Shown here piece after piece: positions 1-9,676 of a stretch of 64,000 nucleotides of DNA. A program made the position numbers and the translations under genes. The notes below the pieces were generated by a model. That model saw only the letters and a program-made list of their open reading frames with translations, was not told the origin of the DNA and did no database searches. Position 1 is the first letter of the stretch. Each line of letters opens with the position of its first letter. Origin of the DNA: Bacilli bacterium (lineage in GTDB: Bacteria > Bacillota_I > Bacilli_A > RFN20 > CAG-826); the NCBI GenBank assembly GCA_035361955.1, contig DAOSDC010000001.1, forward strand, positions 75,114 to 139,113. Direction: 5' to 3'.

Positions 1-138
1 CCTAGCGACGTTGTGCAACTAGTCAATAGTGCAAATAGCGTCGCAACTAGTAACCATGATCTATTTTTTAAAGGCATGTTCTTCCTCTTGTCTATTTCTC
101 ATTTATCTTATCAAAAAGCAGTATTTCGGTAATTAATG

Positions 139-1593
139 CTATTTTTTCGTTGATCTTTGCTTTTTCCTAGATGATGGTTTCTTGATTGTTTTTTTAGCTT
201 TGCTAATTATTTTTTTCCGAAGTGAAGGTATTGCGAAGATGACGCCAATGACCGTGAGCCCAATCGCTCCAGCAATAATCATTTGCACAGCCGATAGTTC
301 GACTTCGACTGTTAGAGTCGCTGTTTTTGTCACGGCATTATCGGTATAAGAGACAAGCAGTTCATGCGGTCCGATACTCGAGAATGTCAGATTGTCTTGC
401 CCCGCAATAGAAAGTGTGTATTCAACTACCGGCATGGAGGTCGCGTCACTATAAAATGCTGTAACGATCAAATCGGACTTCGCCACATTGTCAAATAAGT
501 AGAATTTGTTACTGTCATCGACTAACGCCACCTCAATCCGGTCGAGCGTTATTGCTGGCTCCGGTAGTCCGGCAGCGGTTGAAGTACCAAGCGCTCGCGA
601 CGCTCCCTCGCCGACGTAGGATTCATCGTAGGCAATACGTGCCCATTGGGGATAATCAATAAAGGGATTGCGATTGCCCTGATAATTGTTATAGAGCAAA
701 TTGTTGCGTCTGATTTCGTGTTCATCGACCGGGTCAAGTTCATGCCAAGTAAGCAGTGTCGCTAAATCGCCAGCTAGACCCGGTTGTGAAGGTGATGCGG
801 TGATAGGTAAGGGCGAACCATTAACTAATAGAAGTTTTGGATGGAGAACATCTTCATATACATAGTAGCGAGCCGGCATGTAAAACATCGCCCTCGCAAT
901 GTCGCCTTTGTATTGATCGAGCGGTTCGAATACTTTTTGAGAACTTCCAACGATGTATCCGTTACGCCCGACATAGGTTCCATAATCGTTGTTATAATTC
1001 GTGATACCAGAAGTTGGTGTCGCAAAATTGTAGTTGCTATGAGCGTTTTGGTTGCCTCTGACATCACTAGGCCACAGCGCATGGAAGTCGCTACCGGCGC
1101 CACCGGTGCGTCCGAAGTTCCCAAGAGATTGCGCCCAGATGTGCTCCTTATCGAAACTGACACGCGAGGCTCCATCGTTTTTAAACAAATCGGCTGTCGT
1201 CGCGGCATCGTTATAATCGGCGTAAAGTTTACGAATATATGGGTTATCTGTTTCGTAGTTAAAGTTCGATAGTTGGGTATCGTTTAATGGCGATAACTCC
1301 CAATTTCTGTCAATGATTTTATAAATTGTTCGATGAGTACTCGATTCGTAATCATATTCATTGTGGTCTTTAATAATATCGTGAAGCGCTTCGAGTAATT
1401 GATCGCCGCTTGTGCCTTCGACGCCTTGATAGTAGGCGCTTACTGAGGCGTCGGACAAATTAGTCATATCAATTGAAGTCGGCATCGGTGTCAAGGCGTG
1501 CATCGGTGTGAAAACATAAGCAGACGATGTGCTACTCGACAAGGAAAACGCCAATGATATAAATCCGATTTTTACTATCCTCAGTTTGTTCAC
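139..1593 (-). CDS. Membrane-anchored extracellular nuclease, endonuclease I (EndA/Vvn-like) family; signal peptide, C-terminal TM helix and Lys/Arg tail
   Basis: The 484 aa ORF has an N-terminal signal peptide and a DKEHIWAQS motif resembling the endonuclease I catalytic EHxxP/S motif. The C-terminal hydrophobic helix is followed by KKIISKAKKTIKK. The apparent start is GTG, with AAGGA 7 nt upstream. Confidence 0.55.
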   Translation of the reverse strand: MNKLRIVKIGFISLAFSLSSSTSSAYVFTPMHALTPMPTSIDMTNLSDASVSAYYQGVEGTSGDQLLEALHDIIKDHNEYDYESSTHRTIYKIIDRNWELSPLNDTQLSNFNYETDNPYIRKLYADYNDAATTADLFKNDGASRVSFDKEHIWAQSLGNFGRTGGAGSDFHALWPSDVRGNQNAHSNYNFATPTSGITNYNNDYGTYVGRNGYIVGSSQKVFEPLDQYKGDIARAMFYMPARYYVYEDVLHPKLLLVNGSPLPITASPSQPGLAGDLATLLTWHELDPVDEHEIRRNNLLYNNYQGNRNPFIDYPQWARIAYDESYVGEGASRALGTSTAAGLPEPAITLDRIEVALVDDSNKFYLFDNVAKSDLIVTAFYSDATSMPVVEYTLSIAGQDNLTFSSIGPHELLVSYTDNAVTKTATLTVEVELSAVQMIIAGAIGLTVIGVIFAIPSLRKKIISKAKKTIKKPSSRKKQRSTKK

Positions 1594-1720
1594 GAACCTA
1601 TCCTTGATATTAAAAACAATATAGCATAATAGAAAAAATATCGCTCATGGAGTACCTATGCATCGTAAAAATCATATTAAATATCGGCTTTTTGCGGTGT
1701 TTTTTAAATTGTCTAAATAA

Positions 1721-2674
1721 TTATAACGAGTAAATTTGATTCGAATAATCGCTCCAATATTCGCTACTTTTATATGCGGATAACGCTGCTGAAGGAACGA
1801 GATATTGAAGGCTCGCCGAGGTGTTTTCGAACGAATTGGCAAAGCGCAAAGGCGGAGTTGTCGCTCTGATTTTTACTTGTGTGAGGCTCGTTGCATCACC
1901 AAAGGCACGGGACCGTAATTCCAGTAATGTGGCGGGAAGGTCAATCGTCGTTAAGTTAGGAAGATTCTCAAACGCATTATTGCCAATAATGGCAATATTC
2001 GTAGACATCGTAATCGAGCTCAAAGAGATGGCGCCGCTGAAAGCATCGGTTTTAATTTCAGTGACTGAATTAGGAATAACGATATTTGATAACTGCGTGG
2101 CGTTTTTAAATGCCGCCATTGCGATTGTTCTAAGTTGTGATGGTAACGCAATCGACAAAAGCGCGCCATTGTTATAGAACAAATACTCCCCAAGTTCCAA
2201 TACTGGTTTACCATTATAAGTCGATTGGATGGCAATCGAGGTCGCGTTGCCCGTATAAGATTCAACATAATACCCTTGCCCATCGAGTGTCGGTTTGAAC
2301 ACAAATCCGGGCGTAGCGTCAATCCATTTAGCGTACAGCGTCATATCACGGTCAACAAATAGCGGGAAATTCACCGGCTGTGTGAATTCCGCGTCGAAAT
2401 ACCAGCCTTCAAGTGTTAACGATCCGTTTTCAAGCGTGGGCATTGTTTCGATTATCGAGGTAATGACTGGATCTAGTTGCATATCCGCATTGGTGACGAA
2501 GGTAACTGTGTATGTTTGATACGAAACATTGCTGTCGTAGCTAAAATAACTCGTTGTTTGTGATGTTAGCGAGCTTCCGTCGGACTGGCTAGTCGACAAA
2601 CTGCTCGACACTGAGCTGCCACAAGAACTTAATAAAGCTAATAAAGCGATTGATAATGTTAATTTTTTATTCAT
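1721..2674 (-). CDS. Surface lipoprotein with a Listeria-Bacteroides (Flg_new-like) repeat and BspA-type leucine-rich repeats
   Basis: The lipobox is LLSSCG. The VTFVTN...GWYFDAEFTQP...YAKW segment resembles the Flg_new repeat. Repeated xLxSIxIPxSVTxIxxxAFxxxxxL units are typical of BspA-like LRRs. Confidence 0.55.
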   Translation of the reverse strand: MNKKLTLSIALLALLSSCGSSVSSSLSTSQSDGSSLTSQTTSYFSYDSNVSYQTYTVTFVTNADMQLDPVITSIIETMPTLENGSLTLEGWYFDAEFTQPVNFPLFVDRDMTLYAKWIDATPGFVFKPTLDGQGYYVESYTGNATSIAIQSTYNGKPVLELGEYLFYNNGALLSIALPSQLRTIAMAAFKNATQLSNIVIPNSVTEIKTDAFSGAISLSSITMSTNIAIIGNNAFENLPNLTTIDLPATLLELRSRAFGDATSLTQVKIRATTPPLRFANSFENTSASLQYLVPSAALSAYKSSEYWSDYSNQIYSL

Positions 2675-2774
2675 TCGTTATCCAATAAAAGCATTATAAC
2701 CAAGCGCGTCGTTCGCTTCAACATGAACAGGTGTCATCGCATGAACAATTAATAATATGATTGCGGGCGATTAT

Positions 2775-2791
2775 TTATCTTGATAAGATAA
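2775..2791. promoter_or_regulatory. Perfect 7-3-7 inverted repeat TTATCTT-GAT-AAGATAA in the amylase upstream region (candidate operator)
   Basis: The repeat is read directly from the sequence. It lies about 25 nt upstream of the amylase ATG and overlaps a possible TAAGAT -10 element. Confidence 0.3.
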
Positions 2792-2815
2792 ACACATAGT
2801 TTTTGAGGTGTGTGG

Positions 2816-5299
2816 ATGAATAAAAAATGGTATGCGCTAGGACTAACCGCCTTAATGATGATTGTCTCCTATCGCGCTTCGATTGAAGCGATTGCCGTAA
2901 CCGATGGGATTACCGTTCATTATAAAGGCGACTATGCCACTCCTTACATTTATTATTGGAACTCGACTCCAGCGGGAACCGCTTCGGCTGGTTGGCCCGG
3001 CGAAGCCATGATCAAGGATGTCGACAGCGACTGGTATACGAAAACTTTTCCCAATGTCTCTGCTATCAACTTGATTTTTTCAAATAATGGCAGCCCTCAA
3101 ACATCCGACTTATATCGGACAACCGGCGAGTGGTGGTATTTTAACTCACGATGGTATGATCAAGATCCGGGCACAATCGAGTTGCCTGACTATAACAAAA
3201 CACCGCTTATCACCGTCCATGTCAAATCGGTTAATCCCGATCCCAAGATTCGTTACTATCAAGGACAACCAAACGATATATCGTCAAGTGGTGCCTTGAC
3301 GATGCTACGAGAACCTGATTATTGGTATCGCTATACGATCGGACCAACCACTTCAATTAAAGCCCGGTTCACGTTTAACGGCGTCGAGGGCGGCGAGTAT
3401 GAATTTACGACCGGCGAGTGGTGGCTTAAAGATGGAAAACTTACAAGTTTTAAACCGCATGAAGATGCTTTAGGACGGTCTGATTTCCGCGAAGAGACAA
3501 TTTATTTCTTAATGACCGCGCGTTTTTATGACGGCGACACGGGCAATAATGTCCATTGTTGGGATGATACGCAAGCGAACAATCCGGCCAGTGATCCGGC
3601 CTGGCGCGGCGATTTTCAAGGATTGATTGATAAACTGGATTACATTAAAGCGCTCGGTTTTTCGGCGATTTGGATTACACCGGTCGTCGAAAACGCTTCA
3701 GGTTATGACTACCATGGTTACCATGGCATCGATTTTACGCAAGTCGATCCACGCCTTGAATCAAGCGGGGCAACTTATCAAGATTTGATTGACGCCGCTC
3801 ACGCCAAAGGCATGAAGATTATCCAAGATATCGTCTTGAATCACACCTCCAATTTTGGTGAAGAAAATATTTTCCCTCTATTTGAAAAAGACTATCGCAG
3901 TGCGGATACAGTTGCTAACATGCGCAAAACTGATCCTAATAATTTGCTGCCTGACAATTACGATGAACTTAATGGTGGCCAGCAATACGGCGCCCGTATC
4001 AACGCCATGAAGGAAGATGTCAATGATGTCCGTCATATTTATCATCATGAAAAAAGCTTGTCGTGGGAATCGTATACTGTCCAAACGGGGCAAATTGCGG
4101 GTGACTGCGTCGATTTGAATACGGAAAACCCGTATGTGACCAACTACCTCATCGATGCTTATAATCGCTACATCGACATGGGCGTTGATTCATTTAGAAT
4201 CGACACCGTCAAACATATTTCACGTTTAGTCTTTAACAATGAATTCTTGCCTGCCTTCAAAGCCCGCGGTGGCGATGACTTCTTCATCTTTGGCGAATTA
4301 GCGTCGCGTTATCGCCAAGTTTGGAATACTAACATGCCCGCCATTTCGACTCCGTTTTATACTTGGAAAGAATCAAAAGATTATCCGTGGGCGACTATGG
4401 CTGACCGCGTCTCAAGTGTTGAGCAAAGCTTTTATGACAACCAATCAAACGTGAGTCAACAGCCAACAAGTTCCAATCACTACCTCAACGGCAACGATTA
4501 TCGGCCGATCGATTACTCAAGAAACTCCGGTATGGCGATGATTGACTTCCCGATGCATTGGAATTTTCTGAATGCCTATGATGCGTTTGGTGTTGCCACA
4601 AGTGGTGATCATTGGTACAACGATGCGACAACTAATATTACCTATGTCGATTCTCACGATTATGCGCCAGACGGTGCCCCAGAAAGTACTCGCTTCAACC
4701 AAGATGAATCTGTCTGGGCGCAAAATTTATCGCTGATGTTCACGTTTCGAGGCATTCCCACAATTTATTATGGTAGCGAAATCCAGTTCATGAAAGGTGC
4801 TCCGATTGATGTCGGACCCAATCGCCCTTTAGCTGAAACAGGACGCGCCTATTTCGGTGGTCACATCGAAGGAAGTGTCGAAGCGACTGACTTTGGTAAA
4901 TACCGCAATGCCTCGGGAGCAATCGCCACAACATTAGCCCATCCTTTGGCGCAGCACATCCGCGCCTTGAATATCATTAGACGAGCAGTTCCGGCCTTAC
5001 AAAAAGGGCAATATTCGACAAGTAATGTTTCTGGTGGTCTTGCATATAAACGCCGATTCACTTCATCATCTGTCGATAGTTTCGCATTGGTGTCCGTATC
5101 TGGCACAGCTACATTTTCAAATCTTCCCGCTGGAACATATGTCGATGTCGTCACCGGAGATAGTAAAACGATTGGCAATAACGGTTCGATCACCGTCAAT
5201 GCCAGTGGCACCGGCAATGTCCGTGTATACGTTTTATCAACAGCAAAAACGCCAGCACCTGGCGACGTGCTCGATTTTTCGGGACGTTATATAAAATAA
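2816..5299 (+). CDS. Secreted alpha-amylase (GH13) with a C-terminal beta-domain extension
   Basis: GH13 conserved regions are present: GFSAIWITP, DSFRIDTVKH, FGEL, YVDSHD. The N-terminal signal peptide and a GAGG RBS sit 7 nt before the ATG at 2816. The ORF track starts 6 nt earlier at a GTG. Confidence 0.9.
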   Translation: MNKKWYALGLTALMMIVSYRASIEAIAVTDGITVHYKGDYATPYIYYWNSTPAGTASAGWPGEAMIKDVDSDWYTKTFPNVSAINLIFSNNGSPQTSDLYRTTGEWWYFNSRWYDQDPGTIELPDYNKTPLITVHVKSVNPDPKIRYYQGQPNDISSSGALTMLREPDYWYRYTIGPTTSIKARFTFNGVEGGEYEFTTGEWWLKDGKLTSFKPHEDALGRSDFREETIYFLMTARFYDGDTGNNVHCWDDTQANNPASDPAWRGDFQGLIDKLDYIKALGFSAIWITPVVENASGYDYHGYHGIDFTQVDPRLESSGATYQDLIDAAHAKGMKIIQDIVLNHTSNFGEENIFPLFEKDYRSADTVANMRKTDPNNLLPDNYDELNGGQQYGARINAMKEDVNDVRHIYHHEKSLSWESYTVQTGQIAGDCVDLNTENPYVTNYLIDAYNRYIDMGVDSFRIDTVKHISRLVFNNEFLPAFKARGGDDFFIFGELASRYRQVWNTNMPAISTPFYTWKESKDYPWATMADRVSSVEQSFYDNQSNVSQQPTSSNHYLNGNDYRPIDYSRNSGMAMIDFPMHWNFLNAYDAFGVATSGDHWYNDATTNITYVDSHDYAPDGAPESTRFNQDESVWAQNLSLMFTFRGIPTIYYGSEIQFMKGAPIDVGPNRPLAETGRAYFGGHIEGSVEATDFGKYRNASGAIATTLAHPLAQHIRALNIIRRAVPALQKGQYSTSNVSGGLAYKRRFTSSSVDSFALVSVSGTATFSNLPAGTYVDVVTGDSKTIGNNGSITVNASGTGNVRVYVLSTAKTPAPGDVLDFSGRYIK

Positions 5300-5311
5300 A
5301 GGAACGTACTT

Positions 5312-6214
5312 ATGAAAAAACCATTTGATTACAAACGCTTACTCGCCTTTTTATTCGTTTTAGTTAGTTACGTTTTGGCAACGATTGTCGGCCTTTTCAT
5401 CTTCTCATACTTTCGCAATCTTCCCACTCCTATGGATCCGATTTTGGCGCTTTTCTTAGCCGACATCGCGATGACGGTGTTTATCTACATTATCGGGCTA
5501 TTCGTCAATAATGCGTCGATGTATGATCCGTATTGGAGTGTGATTCCTTTCCTTTATGGGCTACTTTACATGTTCAGTTATGGCGATTACAGCTTTGTTA
5601 CAATCATCATTAATGTGGTGATTGGCATTTGGTCACTACGCTTGACCGCCAATTGGATGTATACGTTTAAAACAATTAAAAAACAAGATTGGCGCTACGA
5701 TTATTTGAAAGAGAAAAGTGGCGTCTTCTACCCCGTTGTCAATTTGTTTGGTATCCACATCGTGCCGACGCTATTTGTGTTTGCCGCTTTATTACCTGCG
5801 CTTGTTCTTTTTAGGAACCAACAAATGGGTACTCCCGTGACATTCAACATCTTAATGTTATTCGGTGTTCTGATTTAGCTGATTGGGATTGGGCTTGAAC
5901 TAGTCGCCGATATCCAAATGCAGCGGTTCCGTGCCCGGGAAACCAATCGCCGCGCCATTATACGTGACGGACTTTGGAAACATGCTCGGCACCCGAATTA
6001 TTTGGGTGAAATTATGTTTTGGTGGGGCATCTTCTTGATGGTCGTCGTATTGTTGCCAAATATGTGGTATTTAGTGTTTGGCCCCATCGCTATGACATTA
6101 ATGTTTTTAATTATTTCAGTACCGATGGCCGATTATCGATATTCACGTATCAAAGACAATTATCCTGAGTATGTCAGTCAGACAAGAATGTTTCTGCCAC
6201 TACCTAAAAAATAA
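5312..6214 (+). pseudogene. DUF1295 / ICMT-like (steroid 5-alpha-reductase-like) polytopic membrane protein interrupted by a single in-frame TAG at 5876..5878
   Basis: ORFs 5312..5878 and 5918..6214 are in the same frame (offset 606 = 3x202). Only one stop separates them. Translation across it (…GVLI*LIGIGLELVADIQMQRF…RHPNYLGE…) restores the contiguous C-terminal DUF1295 motif GxELxADxQ…RHPNYxGE. Confidence 0.6.
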
Positions 6215-6268
6215 TCATATAAGATGCCAACCCTAGCCGTGAGTGCTATAATTTTTCACGGTGATAAC

Positions 6269-6514
6269 ATGATTACGATTGAAGACCAAATTATCGCAAC
6301 CCTCGATAAGATTCGTCCCTTTATCCTCCGTGATGGAGGCGATGTCGAATTCGATTCGTTTATCGATGGCATTGTCTACATTAACATGCTGGGCGCCTGT
6401 AATGGTTGCAGCCTCATCGACACGACGGTCACCGGTGGCATTGAAGTCATTTTGATGGAAGAGGTGCCCGGAGTCATCGGCGTGAAGCTCGTAAGCGAAA
6501 AACCAAGCGTATAA
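6269..6514 (+). CDS. NifU-like (Nfu-type) Fe-S cluster assembly or transfer protein
   Basis: It carries the NifU C-terminal signature LDKIRPFILRDGGDVEF…GACNGC. An extended -10 TGcTATAAT lies at about 6243-6251. The start was moved to the internal ATG. Confidence 0.7.
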   Translation: MITIEDQIIATLDKIRPFILRDGGDVEFDSFIDGIVYINMLGACNGCSLIDTTVTGGIEVILMEEVPGVIGVKLVSEKPSV

Positions 6515-6518
6515 GTAA

Positions 6519-6548
6519 AATAAAAGCGGCAAATGCCGCTTTTTTTAT
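6519..6548. terminator. Bidirectional rho-independent terminator (AGCGGC-AAAT-GCCGCT flanked by A- and T-tracts)
   Basis: The hairpin has runs of A upstream and T downstream. It lies between the convergent nfu-like gene and the 5'-nucleotidase gene. Confidence 0.6.
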
Positions 6549-8035
6549 TAACCGATATAATCAGCCGGATCAAGCGTTCCCACGCTTTGCCATTTATCTT
6601 TCAATAGTTCGCGCACATATTCAAACGTGTTGATAGCCGTGGTCTTATTATGAGGATATTGACTGTCTGACGTCAGATGTTTTTCGGTTAAGTAATTGAT
6701 GGAGATTATTTTATACGTAGCATTGTCGCTGATAGCAATTGAACCATCCAACGTGTTCGTGAACCGATTCGCGCCAGCAACGTAATCGTTTTGGGCCAGC
6801 CACCATTTCAATTGCAAACCGCTTACTTCGACGATAATTAATTCATTATCGAATGGAAACACTTTATAGACATCGCCATAGGTTACTGTACCAGCGCTAA
6901 TCGTGTCGCGGACGCCGCCTGTGTTATGGTATGCTACTTGAGCACCCAAACTGGCTCCATAGGCAAGCATTTCTTTAACGGCCAAATCGCCGAGTTTTGC
7001 TTTTGAGAAATAGCCTGATGCCTCGCCGAGCACTTCGTTTTTGATGATGTTTATTTCTTCGGTTAGATATTGATCGTAGATGGCTTTCATCCCCTCATTC
7101 TCGCTGAGGTTTTGGTTGATCAGTCCGCTATCAACTGTCGAAGAGACATACGTCAGCGTATCGCTAGATGCGGTATAGGTAAAGCGTACATGGCCGACCG
7201 CTCGACCATTATAACTAGCTTGTAGCACAGGTTTGCCTCCGACTATATTACGGTAATTGCTGTGCGAATGGCCATTGAAAACGGCGTCAACGTGGCCTAA
7301 TGTTTCGGTATCGACATCAGGATCGTGATTAAGTAAAATAACGGCTTTGGCTCCTGCCGACCGTAAATAAGTCGCGCTTTGCTCGACGATGTTACCAATG
7401 GATACGAAATCGTAGTTGATGACATTCGATGTCAAGATGCTGCTTTCAAGTGAAGCTCCGATCGTACCGATGATGCCGATGCGCACTCCACCGCGGTCAA
7501 TCATGGTGTAGGGAAGCGCAAAATCGGCCGTACGACCAGTTCTTTTATCAAAAATATTAGCGCCTAAAAACGGAAAATCGGCTCGTGCTTGATTGGAGTG
7601 GATCAATTCATCGCCCCAATCAAATTCATGATTTCCAAGCGCCATGGCATCGAAGCCGATGTAGTTCATGGCATCGGTTACCAGACGGCCGCGGGTAATG
7701 TTACTATCGGCTGAGCCTTGCCACATATCGCCCGAAGACAAGATCACGGTGCCCGTCGGATTGAGTTCCTTTTTGTTGTCAAAGTAGGTCGCTAACCTGT
7801 TAATCCCGATTTCGTTACTTTCAGGCTTGTGCTCGAGCGCGCCATGGAAATCATTGATGGCGTAAAAATCTAGCGTTGTCACATCATTGACCGGGGCGGA
7901 CGGCCATGATTCATCAATGCTAACCTCTGGTGTTTCAAACACATAGGTGACGTCATCGCCACCACTTGAAGATTGGCAGCCCACCAGCATTAACGCTAAT
8001 GTCAGAACGCCCAATGATAATCTTTTGTTGAACAT
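6548..8035 (-). CDS. Bifunctional metallophosphatase / 5'-nucleotidase lipoprotein
   Basis: It has the GNHEFDWG metallophosphoesterase motif plus a 5'-nucleotidase C-terminal domain. The signal peptide MFNKRLSLGVLTLALMLVGC carries a lipobox. The start was moved to the internal ATG at about 8035. Confidence 0.8.
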   Translation of the reverse strand: MFNKRLSLGVLTLALMLVGCQSSSGGDDVTYVFETPEVSIDESWPSAPVNDVTTLDFYAINDFHGALEHKPESNEIGINRLATYFDNKKELNPTGTVILSSGDMWQGSADSNITRGRLVTDAMNYIGFDAMALGNHEFDWGDELIHSNQARADFPFLGANIFDKRTGRTADFALPYTMIDRGGVRIGIIGTIGASLESSILTSNVINYDFVSIGNIVEQSATYLRSAGAKAVILLNHDPDVDTETLGHVDAVFNGHSHSNYRNIVGGKPVLQASYNGRAVGHVRFTYTASSDTLTYVSSTVDSGLINQNLSENEGMKAIYDQYLTEEINIIKNEVLGEASGYFSKAKLGDLAVKEMLAYGASLGAQVAYHNTGGVRDTISAGTVTYGDVYKVFPFDNELIIVEVSGLQLKWWLAQNDYVAGANRFTNTLDGSIAISDNATYKIISINYLTEKHLTSDSQYPHNKTTAINTFEYVRELLKDKWQSVGTLDPADYIG

Positions 8036-8046
8036 ATGTTGCACCT

Positions 8047-9666
8047 CTATGAGTAATCGTATGGATTGATGGCGCCGGTTGCTCGCCATTTATCAGCGAC
8101 CAAATCGCGCGCAAACGCGTGCGTGTTCAGTTCACTAGCGACGTCGTGTGGATAGTCTTCGATATCTTCGGTTAAATAACTGATTGAAATAATTTTATAA
8201 GTTTGGCTATTAACGATCGTTTGTCCATTGTGATCAAAAGTGTAGTTATATTTATCGACACCGGCGACGTATATGTAACGCGACAACCACGTCTTCAGTT
8301 GTGAACCAGTCAGGTTAAACACAATCAAGTCGTTATCAAATGGTAAGGCTTTATACACATCGCCAAATGTCACCGGACCAGACGGAATACTCGCGCGAAT
8401 GCCTCCCGTATTGTGGATAGCGGCGACGGCACCATACGTTGATCCATACTCGAGCATCTCGGCCACTGTGAGATTTCCGATTTGTGATCGTGAGAATGAG
8501 TAAGTCGCCGCTCCGATTATTTCTTCTTTAATTTCTCGGATTTCCCGTTCATAGTAATCGGCATATAAAGCAGCCATGTCGGGATCTTCCGCCAAATCCT
8601 TGTTTCCTAAATAGTCATCGACGCCATAGGATAACGTCGTCACGGTATCGGTTCTTTTGTCGTATTGAAGTTTGGCAAAACCAACGGCTACGCCATTGCT
8701 ACGCGCTTGGATAATCGGCGTATTGTTGCTAATGGAAACATCATAGGCATGCGCGTGGCCATTGAAAACAAGATCGACATAATCAAGCGCGCCATAACTG
8801 ACGTCACCGTCATGATTAAGCAAAATCGTAATATGGGCGCCTTGTTGCTCCAATTCACTGGCAGCCGCCGCCACATACGAATCAATTGGATTAAATGAAT
8901 AATCAGCGACGACAGATGTTAAAATCGAACCTTCGAGACCCGGTCCGATTGTTCCGATGATGCCAATGCGGACACCAGCGCGTTCAATCATCGTATGACT
9001 TTGGGCGAAATCGGCGCGTTGTCCGGTCGACTTTTGGATAATGTTAGTTCCTAAAAATGGATAGTTCGCTAATGTAGCGTTACTTCTGATGACGTCTGTG
9101 CCCCAGTCGAATTCGTGGTTTCCAATCGCCATCGCGTCAAATCCCATCAAATTCATGGCGTCGGTGACTAAACGACCACGCGTGATGTTGCTATCAGCCG
9201 ATCCTTGCCACATGTCGCCACTTGAAGTGAGAACAAAGCCATCGGAATTTAAACTACGCTTTGTTTTGATATAATTGGCGAGCCGGTTAATGCCGGGTTC
9301 GGCCACCGTTGCGTCCGGGGCATACTCGACCGTACCATGAAAATCATTGAAATTATAAAAATCGAGTACCGTCACATCATTAATCGGATCATCGGGCCAC
9401 TGTGAGGATGAAGCGCTCGAGGAACTTGAGGTCGATGATTCGGTTGAAGGCGACGAGGAAGTTGTTGAGGCGCTGCTCGAACTAGCAGCGCTTGATGAAG
9501 CTGATACGCTCGAAGTATCGCTTAAGCTCGAACTAGTGCTCGTTAGTGATGAGGTCGGACTTGAAGTGTCATCAAGCGATGAGGAAATGAATAGGCTTGA
9601 ATCGCAGCTTGCCAACACGAATGTGGCAGTTAATAGTAAAATTTTAGGTAATCGATGACGAAACAA
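8047..9666 (-). CDS. 5'-nucleotidase lipoprotein paralog with a long Ser/Thr-rich linker
   Basis: It is paralogous to the downstream gene (GNHEFDWG, same domain order). The probable start is a TTG at about 9666, giving MFRHRLPKILLLTATFVLASC with AAGGAG 6 nt upstream. The ORF-track ATG at 9735 would overlap suhB by 59 nt. Confidence 0.75.
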   Translation of the reverse strand: MFRHRLPKILLLTATFVLASCDSSLFISSSLDDTSSPTSSLTSTSSSLSDTSSVSASSSAASSSSASTTSSSPSTESSTSSSSSASSSQWPDDPINDVTVLDFYNFNDFHGTVEYAPDATVAEPGINRLANYIKTKRSLNSDGFVLTSSGDMWQGSADSNITRGRLVTDAMNLMGFDAMAIGNHEFDWGTDVIRSNATLANYPFLGTNIIQKSTGQRADFAQSHTMIERAGVRIGIIGTIGPGLEGSILTSVVADYSFNPIDSYVAAAASELEQQGAHITILLNHDGDVSYGALDYVDLVFNGHAHAYDVSISNNTPIIQARSNGVAVGFAKLQYDKRTDTVTTLSYGVDDYLGNKDLAEDPDMAALYADYYEREIREIKEEIIGAATYSFSRSQIGNLTVAEMLEYGSTYGAVAAIHNTGGIRASIPSGPVTFGDVYKALPFDNDLIVFNLTGSQLKTWLSRYIYVAGVDKYNYTFDHNGQTIVNSQTYKIISISYLTEDIEDYPHDVASELNTHAFARDLVADKWRATGAINPYDYS

Positions 9667-9676
9667 AATGTGCTCC

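Noticed and set aside
2804-2814. TGTGGATGA near-match to a DnaA box
   Set aside because: It is a single imperfect copy overlapping the amylase RBS and start. No cluster of boxes is present. It is not an origin.
9350-9620. Apparent tandem-repeat DNA (TCG/ACT/GCT-rich)
   Set aside because: It encodes the Ser/Thr-rich linker of the second 5'-nucleotidase lipoprotein. It is coding low complexity, not a repeat element or CRISPR.
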